NCBI GenBank assembly: GCA_001695645.1
Contig: LVZN01000034.1
Span: 1 to 32,000 of the forward strand
Length of the DNA: 32,000 nucleotides
Source: Erysipelotrichaceae bacterium MTC7
Lineage (GTDB): Bacteria > Bacillota_I > Bacilli_A > Erysipelotrichales > Erysipelotrichaceae
Direction of reading: 5' to 3'
The notes under the pieces are model-generated. The model searched no databases. It was not told where the DNA came from and saw nothing but the letters and a program-made list of their open reading frames with translations. Shown here one piece after another: positions 7,176 to 15,282 of the stretch. The first letter of the stretch is position 1. The number at the start of each line of letters is the position of its first letter. The translations under genes and the position numbers were made by a program.

Positions 7176-8930
7176 ATGAATACTAAAGTAAAATTAATAA
7201 AAGCTTCAAATACTGGAGCAAGAAATAGAAATGCACTACATTTAGATTTAAAACGAGTTGCAGCGTATTGTAGAGTAAGTACAGATAGTAAAGACCAACT
7301 TGAATCATATAAATCGCAAGTTGATTATTATACAAATCTAATAAAAAATAATAAAAACTGGACTTTGGCTGGTATATATGCAGATGAAGCAACAACAGGA
7401 ACAACTGCAACTAAAAGAGCTGATTTTATGAGACTAATTAGTGATTGTCAAAATGGAGATATAGACATGATAATTACTAAATCTATATCAAGATTTGCTA
7501 GAAATACATTAGATACCTTAAAATATGTAAGACTACTCAAGGAAAATAACGTTGGTGTAGTATTTGAAGAAGAAAATATAGATACTTTGACAATGGATGG
7601 AGAGCTATTATTAACAATATTAAGTTCAGTAGCTCAACAAGAAGTAGAAAATACCTCAGCCCATGTAAAAAAAGGACTGAAAATGAAAATGGAAAAAGGG
7701 GAGCTTATTGGTTTTCAAGGTTGCCTTGGATATGATTATGACCCTATAACAAAAAGCATCTCTATAAATGAAGAAGAAGCCAAAATTGTTAGATATATCT
7801 TTAAAAGATATTTAGAAGGCAATGGTGGTTCGGTCATTGGTAGGGAACTAGAAGAACAAGGATATCTCACCCCTAGAGGTAAAACAAAATGGTCTGATAC
7901 TACAGTGTTAGGAATAATTAAAAATGAAAAGTATATTGGCGACATACTAATGGGAAAAACTTTTACAGTTGATCCCATAACAAAAAGAAGACTAGCAAAC
8001 TTTGGTGAATCTGATAAATACCACATTGAAAATCATCACGAGCCAATTATATCAAAAGAAGATTTTGAAAAGGCACAAGAGATTAGACTCAGAAGAGCAC
8101 AAAACAGAAACACTATTGCTAACAAGGATAGAAAAAGAGAAAAACTATCAAGGCAATATGCTTTTTCAAGTATGCTGGAATGTGGATTTTGTGGCGAAAT
8201 ACTGTCAAGAAGAACTTGGCACACTAGTTCAATTTACAAAAAAATTAACTGGCAATGTGTAAGGTCAACAAAAAAAGGTAAAAAATATTGCCCTCATTCA
8301 AAGGGAATACAAGAAGCGGCAATAGAAAAAGCTTTTGTTGAAAGCTATAGGCAATTATGCCATGCAGATTCAACAGTAATAGATGACTTTTTAAAAATTG
8401 TTGAAGAAGAAATAAATGATAATACTTTAGTCAAGGATCTGAAAAAGATAGAAAGTCAATTAAATAGAATCATTAGTCAAGAAAGAAAGTTAGTTGATCT
8501 TCATTTGGAAGATAGTATAGACGAAGTAGTTTATGCTAAAAAGTATAAAAAACTGACAAAACAAAAAGAAGAATTACTCGATGAAAAGAAAACGCTGGAA
8601 CTAACGATAAAAGATGAAAACTCTATTAAAGAAAGATTAAAGCAATTTAAAAAGGTGTTAGAGAATAGAGAAATTATAGAGGAATTTAACAGAACAGTAT
8701 TTGAAAGCATAGTTGATAAAGTCGTGGTGGGAAGAATTGACAAAGACGGAACAGTTCATCCTTATGACTTAACATTCTATTTCAAAACAGGAGTTAAAGA
8801 TAGTCAAGATTCTAATAACTTTAAAGATAAAAGAAAAAATGCCAAAGACAATGACATTAATAAATTGTGTTCCCACAAGAATGACGAGGATAAAAAATTA
8901 TGTTCCCAATCAAAAGACAACGCACGTTGA
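7176..8930 (+). CDS. Large serine recombinase (TnpX/TndX/phage-integrase class)
   Basis: RBS GGAAGGAGG. The resolvase catalytic domain (VAAYCRVSTDSKDQLESYKSQ, ITKSISRFARNTLD) is followed by a recombinase domain, a Cys-rich zinc ribbon (CGFCGEILSRR...WQCV...KYCPHS) and a long coiled-coil tail. Confidence 0.92.
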   Translation: MNTKVKLIKASNTGARNRNALHLDLKRVAAYCRVSTDSKDQLESYKSQVDYYTNLIKNNKNWTLAGIYADEATTGTTATKRADFMRLISDCQNGDIDMIITKSISRFARNTLDTLKYVRLLKENNVGVVFEEENIDTLTMDGELLLTILSSVAQQEVENTSAHVKKGLKMKMEKGELIGFQGCLGYDYDPITKSISINEEEAKIVRYIFKRYLEGNGGSVIGRELEEQGYLTPRGKTKWSDTTVLGIIKNEKYIGDILMGKTFTVDPITKRRLANFGESDKYHIENHHEPIISKEDFEKAQEIRLRRAQNRNTIANKDRKREKLSRQYAFSSMLECGFCGEILSRRTWHTSSIYKKINWQCVRSTKKGKKYCPHSKGIQEAAIEKAFVESYRQLCHADSTVIDDFLKIVEEEINDNTLVKDLKKIESQLNRIISQERKLVDLHLEDSIDEVVYAKKYKKLTKQKEELLDEKKTLELTIKDENSIKERLKQFKKVLENREIIEEFNRTVFESIVDKVVVGRIDKDGTVHPYDLTFYFKTGVKDSQDSNNFKDKRKNAKDNDINKLCSHKNDEDKKLCSQSKDNAR

Positions 8931-8990
8931 GTGCGTGACATTGATGTCAAGGGTTGAGAAATAGGAGAGCTCAAAATACTGATAAATAAA

Positions 8991-9066
8991 GGGTTTTCAA
9001 GGTTGGATGATTTTCTGCCTGATGTCTGGCAGTGCCTTTTAACCTTGGAAATCCTTATTTTTGTTT
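8991..9066 (+). terminator. Compound hairpin terminator after the recombinase gene
   Basis: The outer stem 8991-9004 / 9041-9054 has 14 pairs including 2 G-U. The inner stem is CTGCC (9015-9019) / GGCAG (9028-9032). TTATTTTTGTTT follows. Confidence 0.7.
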
Positions 9067-9102
9067 ATGAGGAAATAGGTCAACTGTAAAAAATGTGTGT
9101 AG

Positions 9103-9154
9103 GGTTGAGTTGACAGATTAGATTTTTTATAGAGGTTGAGTAGACAGGATAGAT
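9103..9154 (+). repeat. 21-bp imperfect direct repeat (18/21)
   Basis: GGTTGAGTTGACAGATTAGAT (9103-9123) and GGTTGAGTAGACAGGATAGAT (9134-9154). A third GGTTGAG occurs at 8952. Confidence 0.8.
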
Positions 9155-9247
9155 AATTAGAATGTCACTTACTATTTATGGAAGAAAGATAGTGAAGCAG
9201 AAATGATAATATTATCCATGGTACCACAATTTTACAGAGAACACGAT

Positions 9248-9329
9248 TGTAGGAAATTATCCTAATAATGTAGGAACAATGATTTACTTTGTGGGAATTG
9301 AGTGGTATAATTATTATTTGTGATAGAAT
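9248..9329 (+). promoter_or_regulatory. Candidate promoter and C-box-like region of the R-M operon
   Basis: TGTAGGAA is repeated at 9248-9255 and 9269-9276, 21 bp apart. The palindrome TAGGA-AATTA-TCCTA lies nearby. Extended -10 candidates are TGgTATAAT (9303-9311) and TGaTAGAAT (9321-9329). Confidence 0.4.
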
Positions 9330-9354
9330 GCTGGTTAAGTTAGGGAGTGAAGAA

Positions 9355-9579
9355 ATGCAAGTAAGTTATAAAAAGTTATGGAAACTATTAATTGATCGCG
9401 ATATGCGAAAGCAAGATTTGAAAGAGAAAGCAGGTATAAGCAAAGGAACAATAACAAAGCTTGGAAAAAATCAAAATGTTTCTACGGAGACACTTGCAAA
9501 AATCTGCGCAGCATTAGAATGCAATATTGAGGATATTGTAGAATTTTCGACAGAAGAACAGAGGGACAATAATGTATAG
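9355..9579 (+). CDS. XRE-family HTH protein, likely controller (C) protein of the R-M operon
   Basis: RBS GGGAG precedes the ATG at 9355. The 74-aa protein MQVSYKKLWKLLIDRDMRKQDLKEKAGISKGTITKLGKNQNVSTETLAKICAALECNIEDIVEF is a Cro/C1-type HTH. Its stop overlaps the start of MTase 1. Confidence 0.8.
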   Translation: MQVSYKKLWKLLIDRDMRKQDLKEKAGISKGTITKLGKNQNVSTETLAKICAALECNIEDIVEFSTEEQRDNNV

Positions 9580-10852
9580 AGAGTTAGAGCAAAAATTCAA
9601 AGTTATATATCCAGAAAGTGAAAATGCAACATATTCTAGTTTGTTAAACTATTCTGATGATTTAAATAGGCCTAGACAAAGATGGTATAGGTATAAAGAA
9701 GGTTTTTCACTGGAGCTAGTAAGGAAATTGATAAATGAATATAACAAAAATAAAAATGGTACAATAATGGATCCATTTCTCGGCAGCGGAAGTACAATTA
9801 TAGCTGCTAATCAATTAGGACTTAATGGCATTGGATTTGAAGTGAATCCATTTTCATATTTTCTTTCAAAATGTAAACTACGTAATTACAGTGCCGAGAT
9901 TGCTTTGGAGTTTAAAAATGCATCACAAGAAGTATTAAGTGTTAAGTATGAGCGAGAATATAAGTTACCGGCATTATCCATAAGTCAAAACGTATTTAAT
10001 TCTGATGTAGAAAATTATTTAATGAATGTTAAAGCAAACATATTAGAGGGGAAATATAGCGATGAAGTTAAAAACTTGCTGATTTTGGGATGGATTTCAA
10101 GTATTGAACCATTATCAAACTATCGAAAAGGCGGAAATGGATTAAAGAAACGAAAGTATGTAAAGCCACGTATCATTACTGTAAGTGATGCGAGGAGTGA
10201 ACTACTTACTTTCTATACTAATATATTCGATGATATTACTTCTAATGATATAACATTTAAGGCACAAATTTTTAACGACTCATGCTTGAATTCGAGGGAA
10301 TATGTAGAAGATGGGTCAGTTAGTGGAATTATTTTTTCACCACCTTATGCAAATTGTTTTGATTATACAGAAATATATAAATTAGAGCTATGGTTTGGAG
10401 GATTTGTTAATTCATATGAGGATCTAAGAAAACTGAGAAAAAAATCACTACGGTCTCATTTAAATGGTGAATTGAGTTTAGAAAATGTTGATACAACAAA
10501 GATATCTAAATCAACTCAAGAGTTACTTGATTCTTTAGCAACAAAAAAATTATGGGATAAGAGAATTCCTTTGATGCTTCAATTGTACTACCTCGATATG
10601 TTTAAGGTAATAGATCAGAGTTATGCTGCACTTGAAGATAATGGGTTTTGTGCCATTGTTGTAGGTAATTCTTCTTATGGTGGAGTTGTATTTCCGACAG
10701 ATTTAATCTTAGCAGAATATGCTCAAAAAATTGGGTTTAAAGTAGATAAGATTGAAGTTGATAGATACATTATCACCAGTTCCCAACAGTACGAATCTAC
10801 TAAAGAATATGGTAAATATTTAAGGGAGAGTGTTGTATGTCTAAAAAAATAA
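9572..10852 (+). CDS. DNA amino-methyltransferase 1 (N4-cytosine or N6-adenine; SPPY type)
   Basis: DPFLGSGST at aa 67-75 (AdoMet binding), FSPPYANCFDY with SPPY at aa 256-259 (catalytic motif IV), and C-terminal IVVGNSSYGG. Confidence 0.88.
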   Translation: MYRELEQKFKVIYPESENATYSSLLNYSDDLNRPRQRWYRYKEGFSLELVRKLINEYNKNKNGTIMDPFLGSGSTIIAANQLGLNGIGFEVNPFSYFLSKCKLRNYSAEIALEFKNASQEVLSVKYEREYKLPALSISQNVFNSDVENYLMNVKANILEGKYSDEVKNLLILGWISSIEPLSNYRKGGNGLKKRKYVKPRIITVSDARSELLTFYTNIFDDITSNDITFKAQIFNDSCLNSREYVEDGSVSGIIFSPPYANCFDYTEIYKLELWFGGFVNSYEDLRKLRKKSLRSHLNGELSLENVDTTKISKSTQELLDSLATKKLWDKRIPLMLQLYYLDMFKVIDQSYAALEDNGFCAIVVGNSSYGGVVFPTDLILAEYAQKIGFKVDKIEVDRYIITSSQQYESTKEYGKYLRESVVCLKK

Positions 10853-12108
10853 ATAATCACATCATTGTTGAAAGTCTACCAAAGGATATAGAGTTTGGAG
10901 GGTCATACATAATTGCTCAATCTAATCCAAACACATATACACATTCATTCTTTAAATATCCATGCCGCTTTATTCCAGAGATTCCAAGATGGGCTATTCA
11001 AAAATATTTAACTGGAGTTCAAAATGGTTCTGTTTTTGACCCGTTTGCAGGTAGCGGTACTACGCTATTAGAAAGTGTTATTAATGATTTTGAGGCTTAT
11101 GGAACTGAGATTGATAATATTGCAAAATTGATCATTAAAGTAAAAACTACTCCTTTTACTAAAGATAAGTTAGATGAAATAGCTAATGAATTTAATAGGA
11201 TTATTACAAACATAGATACAAGCCAAAAACCTCAAAGACTTCCTGGCATTAATAATTTAAACCATTGGTTCACGGAAGATGCAATTGTAAAATTATCCGG
11301 AATTAAAATGAACATCGATAGCATTGATGACAAAGATATCCGTGACTTTTTCAAAGTATGTTTTGTTTCAATAATTAAAAGAGTATCAAATGCTGATGAT
11401 GTTTCTCCCAAACCATATGTGTCCAATAAAGTTATAAAGAACCCGCCAGAGACTATCAAAGAGTTTTCGTCTACATTTACTAAATACTTTGAAGGAATAA
11501 AAGAACTTAGTAATCTTGGACTGGCAAAAAAGGCTCGCATTATAAACGGGGATGCTTTGAATTTTGAGTTTGATGGTTTATATGATTTGGCAGTTACGTC
11601 GCCACCATATATAAATGCATTTGATTATGCCCGGACAATGAGATTGGAAAACCTTTGGTTGGATACTATGACTGAAAACGAGTTGAGGGAGAAAAAGAAA
11701 GATTATGTAGGTACCGAATCAATTAAGGTTGCAGAAGAGGAAAAAAACCTCGAAATTTTGGAGAAAAGTATAATTCTTAAATCATATTACAATCAAATTT
11801 TTGAAAAGGACAAAAAAAGAGCGCTGATTGTTAAAAAGTTCTTTGAAGATATGGAAGGTAACCTCAAGAATACTTATAAATACCTAAAGCCGGGTGGTCA
11901 TTATATGATAGTAATTGGGAACAGCTCAATACGTAAGGTGGAAGTTGAAAGCTGGAAGGTTATCCAACAACTCTCGGAACTTGTTGGGTTTAAAACCGAA
12001 ACCTATTTTAATTATTTAATCCAAAACCCTTATATAAGAATACCGAGAAAAAATAAGGGAGGAAAAATTAATGTAGATCATGTATTAGTTCTTAAAAAGG
12101 AGGGATAA
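10837..12108 (+). CDS. DNA amino-methyltransferase 2 (paralog of MTase 1; SPPY type)
   Basis: DPFAGSGTT at aa 68-76, TSPPYINAFDY with SPPY at aa 255-258, and IVIGNSSIRK. The motif order and spacing match MTase 1. It overlaps MTase 1 by 16 nt and has RBS AAGGGAGAG. Confidence 0.88.
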   Translation: MSKKINNHIIVESLPKDIEFGGSYIIAQSNPNTYTHSFFKYPCRFIPEIPRWAIQKYLTGVQNGSVFDPFAGSGTTLLESVINDFEAYGTEIDNIAKLIIKVKTTPFTKDKLDEIANEFNRIITNIDTSQKPQRLPGINNLNHWFTEDAIVKLSGIKMNIDSIDDKDIRDFFKVCFVSIIKRVSNADDVSPKPYVSNKVIKNPPETIKEFSSTFTKYFEGIKELSNLGLAKKARIINGDALNFEFDGLYDLAVTSPPYINAFDYARTMRLENLWLDTMTENELREKKKDYVGTESIKVAEEEKNLEILEKSIILKSYYNQIFEKDKKRALIVKKFFEDMEGNLKNTYKYLKPGGHYMIVIGNSSIRKVEVESWKVIQQLSELVGFKTETYFNYLIQNPYIRIPRKNKGGKINVDHVLVLKKEG

Positions 12109-12110
12109 GC

Positions 12111-12884
12111 TTGAACCTATCTGGATGGAAATATGAAGGCAGAATTATCAGTGATAATTTACAACATCAGATTATGGAAATAATCAAAATATTGAATGCC
12201 CCTGAGAAGGTTCAGAATAGAACATGGGGTGGGAGTTTACAGAAATTTATTGGTAACCAAATAGGAATCTCTGATGGACAAGTTCGGACCATAAAAAGAA
12301 TGATGGAAGAGTTTGATATATTAAAACCTGGTGCATTAAATCGACGGACAGTACCAGATAAATCAAATATTTATTCTGAAAATGGGGAGGTTCTTATAAG
12401 GTTATTTGAAAGCGAAGAACTTTTGAAACAAAAGCCTTCCAAGGATTCTTATGAACAGATAGAGAGAATTAAAGAAATATATAAATTATTCTATTTGAAA
12501 ATTTTAGTAAAATACACTATAAGAGATAAGGATGGTAATGAGTTTCATCCTGCAGTTATTCTATTAAAAGCTTTGAAAAAGTATGAATATTTAACTTACT
12601 GGGAGTGGTATCTACTTAATACAATAATTACTTCAGATAACAATCCTGAGGAAGAACAGGAGTTTGATAAATATATTACCGACATTAGGAATGGGGCATT
12701 AAAAGCTTCTGACTTAAAGATTACGGAAAATGTATTATCACATTCTTATATTTTGGGAAACTTCGCATATGTGGGATTAATCAAAGTTGAAGGTAAAAAA
12801 GAAAATATGAAGATCACAATTAACGAAAAAAACAAACATATAATTGATGAGATTCTAAGAGAATGGGGGTCAGATGATGAGTAA
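12111..12884 (+). CDS. 257-aa protein of unknown function; inferred target-recognition or restriction subunit
   Basis: A TTG start is preceded by the strong RBS AAAAAGGAGGGA. It lies 2 nt after the MTase 2 stop and overlaps the McrB-like gene by 11 nt. I see no recognisable catalytic motif. The functional call rests on operon position only. Confidence 0.7.
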   Translation: MNLSGWKYEGRIISDNLQHQIMEIIKILNAPEKVQNRTWGGSLQKFIGNQIGISDGQVRTIKRMMEEFDILKPGALNRRTVPDKSNIYSENGEVLIRLFESEELLKQKPSKDSYEQIERIKEIYKLFYLKILVKYTIRDKDGNEFHPAVILLKALKKYEYLTYWEWYLLNTIITSDNNPEEEQEFDKYITDIRNGALKASDLKITENVLSHSYILGNFAYVGLIKVEGKKENMKITINEKNKHIIDEILREWGSDDE

Positions 12885-13953
12885 TAATTTTGATGAATCA
12901 ATTGATAGTAAGATTGACGAAAATATTAAGGCTATTATGGAAAAACGTAATATTAAATCTTCAGATAACGAGCCGCCAGGAAATACCGACTTTCACGGGA
13001 GAAATATATTACTTTACGGCGTTCCTGGTAGTGGAAAAAGTTTTACAATAAAAAAAGAGTATTGTGATGATGAGAATAGACTAGAACGTTTAGTTTTTCA
13101 TCCTGATTATACATACTCAGATTTTGTAGGACAAATACTACCTGATGTTTCAGATGGAATCGTAAACTATAAATTTAAACCAGGTCCTTTTACAAGACTG
13201 CTAAAAAGAGCATACGAAAACCCTACTACTGAATTTTTTCTTATAATTGAAGAAATTAATAGGGGTAATGCACCTGCTATATTCGGAGAAATCTTTCAAT
13301 TACTTGACAGGGATGAAACAGGTGCAAGTGAATATGGTATTTCAAATACTGATATAGCTAAAGTTGTATATGGTGATGAGACGCGAAAAGTGCGTATCCC
13401 ATCAAATCTAAACATAATAGGTACTATGAATACTTCTGATCAAAATGTTTTCACGCTAGATACCGCGTTTCAACGTAGATGGGAAATGCGTATGATAGAG
13501 AATAATTTTGATAAAGCGGATGCGGAATTTGCAAATCATCCAATTTTGGACACAACTGTAACATGGAAAACTTTTTGCACAGAAATTAACAAAATAATAC
13601 TTGATAAAAATGTAAGAATGACATCATCTGAGGATAAACGATTAGGGGTATACTTTGTCCATTTGAGTGATCTGATTTATGATGAAAATGCTGATAACCC
13701 TAATCTTAGTGAAAAAGAGCGTATTAAAGCTAAACAAAACAACAGTCGTTTCCCAGAAAAAGTATTAAAATATCTTTGGGACGATGCTTTTAAATTTTCC
13801 CGTGAAGATATTTTTGAGGTGAGCCAGTATAACAGTTTAGAAGCTGTAGTCGCAAAATTTTCAAGCGAGAAAAAAAATGACCGATTTAAAGTTTTTAAAG
13901 AAAATGTATATGATGCATTTGTTTCTCCTAATGCTGATGGACAAAATGATTAA
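12874..13953 (+). CDS. McrB-like AAA+ GTPase restriction subunit (no N-terminal DNA-binding domain)
   Basis: Walker A GVPGSGKS at aa 49-56, Walker B LIIEEINRGN, McrB signature IGTMNTSD (NTxD replacing NKxD), and LDTAFQRRW. Confidence 0.88.
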   Translation: MMSNNFDESIDSKIDENIKAIMEKRNIKSSDNEPPGNTDFHGRNILLYGVPGSGKSFTIKKEYCDDENRLERLVFHPDYTYSDFVGQILPDVSDGIVNYKFKPGPFTRLLKRAYENPTTEFFLIIEEINRGNAPAIFGEIFQLLDRDETGASEYGISNTDIAKVVYGDETRKVRIPSNLNIIGTMNTSDQNVFTLDTAFQRRWEMRMIENNFDKADAEFANHPILDTTVTWKTFCTEINKIILDKNVRMTSSEDKRLGVYFVHLSDLIYDENADNPNLSEKERIKAKQNNSRFPEKVLKYLWDDAFKFSREDIFEVSQYNSLEAVVAKFSSEKKNDRFKVFKENVYDAFVSPNADGQND

Positions 13954-13968
13954 AGGTGGTGACTCAAC

Positions 13969-15233
13969 ATGGTAATAGACTCTGAAATACGTAAACGCTG
14001 CCGTGTAAATACAAATGAAGAGGGAGATCGCTTTGTCGGTATTAAGGCTGATTCTGATGATGTAGTAGTCTATTTCCCTGTTGGTTATCATCTTCCAGAG
14101 AATGAAATAGATGTTAAACGTGATATACTTCATTTGTTTCAAGTGTTGGCTGAGTTTACTGATAGCTCTGACCGAGTGCTTGCTATGAATAAGTTTGAGG
14201 CCCCACAATCAGTCGACTTTCCTATTAATGCTTATCTAGAGGTTATATATTATTTTATGGAGAAGAACGGTTACTATATGGAAACTGAACCTGTATATAA
14301 AACAAGAGACCGTGGAAATATTGACTGGGCAAAAACTATACAAAGGCAAAAGGCATTGATACAGTCTAACTTTTCACCAGTGTATACACAATATACTGTT
14401 CGAGAATCAACTCCGAATGAGAATAAGTTAATAACCCATATACACAGACATTGTGTATATGAAAGTTTTTCAAAACTAGGATGGCTATTTACTCCATATA
14501 TGCCTGAACCACCACAAATACCCCTTGACATTAAGCGCTTTATAATTGCATTAAATGACAAGTTGGCAACTACATATAACGATAAGGATAAAAAATTATT
14601 TAGATCTATGAAGGCAATGCTAGAATATATGGATGAAAAGCCATCAGTAAAACAGTTCTATTTTGGAACTGATTATTTTGAGAATGTTTGGGAAAAGCTG
14701 ATAGATCGTGTGTTTGGAATCAAAAACAAGAAGGATTATTTTCCTAGAACAAGATGGCGTTTGCGAAAAGGTAAACACAAAGAAAAATACCCTCTAGAAC
14801 CGGATAGTATAATGCACATAACGATAAGATATATGTGTTAGATGCAAAGTACTATAGATACGGCGTTTCAGGCAATCCAGATCATTTACCGGATTCATCA
14901 TCGATTAACAAGCAGATAACATACGGCGAGTATATACAAAGACAGTTAAACTTACCGAATGAGTCTTTATATAATGCTTTTATTATGCCATATAATGCTG
15001 CGAAAAATTACTTCGGTTTTACTACTCCATTTGGTAATATTGGTGAGGCGGTTGGTGATTGGAAGGGAGATACCTATTATTACGAAAGAATTCAAGGAAT
15101 TGTTGTAGATACTCGGTATCTAATGTATCATTACACGGGAAATTCAAAAAAAAGCATAATAGCATTAGCAGAATCTATAGAAAAAGCTTTAGTTGAGAAT
15201 AATGGTTTTCTTCCTCAGCCAAGTTCAGAATAA
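13969..15233 (+). pseudogene. LlaJI/McrC-type PD-(D/E)xK restriction endonuclease subunit, frameshifted
   Basis: ORF 13969-14841 (...DYFENVWEKLIDRVFG...YPLEPDSIMH...) and ORF 14835-15233 (VLDAKYYRYG...) are two halves of one nuclease. In the second frame the sequence upstream reads NDKIYVLDAKYY back to a stop at 14805-14807. The shift therefore lies within 14808-14838, between PD and D-A-K. Confidence 0.8.
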
Positions 15234-15238
15234 ATTGT

Positions 15239-15282
15239 AATACCTCTGTCATAGCATCATATCTATGAACAGAGGTATTTTC
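15239..15282. terminator. Bidirectional terminator between convergent genes
   Basis: AATACCTCTGT (15239-15249) pairs with ACAGAGGTATT (15269-15279) around a 19-nt loop. T-rich sequence follows on the + strand. Confidence 0.75.

Larger units (their letters stand above)
1..8950. mobile_element. AT-rich integrative mobilizable element (IME-like); left boundary not defined within window
   Basis: MOB relaxase + MobC (665-2353), an XRE/ImmA control pair (4097-5055) and a large serine recombinase at the right edge (7176-8930) occur together. No T4SS or coupling-protein genes are visible. The palindrome TGACAT-TG-ATGTCA lies 5 nt after the recombinase stop. Boundaries are inference. Confidence 0.5.

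Noticed and set aside
7183-8743. Antisense and alternate-frame ORFs inside the serine recombinase gene (7183-7410, 7736-8026, 8002-8262, 8036-8224, 8531-8743)
   Set aside because: They are low-complexity L/S/F-rich translations, typical of the antisense strand of an AT-rich, Lys/Glu-rich gene. The recombinase frame is unambiguous.
6942-8949. Inverted 9-mer TGACATTGA flanking the small ORF + recombinase cassette, read as an invertible (shufflon or promoter-flip) segment
   Set aside because: A single 9-mer in AT-rich DNA has a non-negligible chance expectation (my rough estimate ~0.1-0.2 for these two windows). A large serine recombinase inverting its own gene is not a known arrangement. I kept only the downstream palindrome as a candidate binding site.
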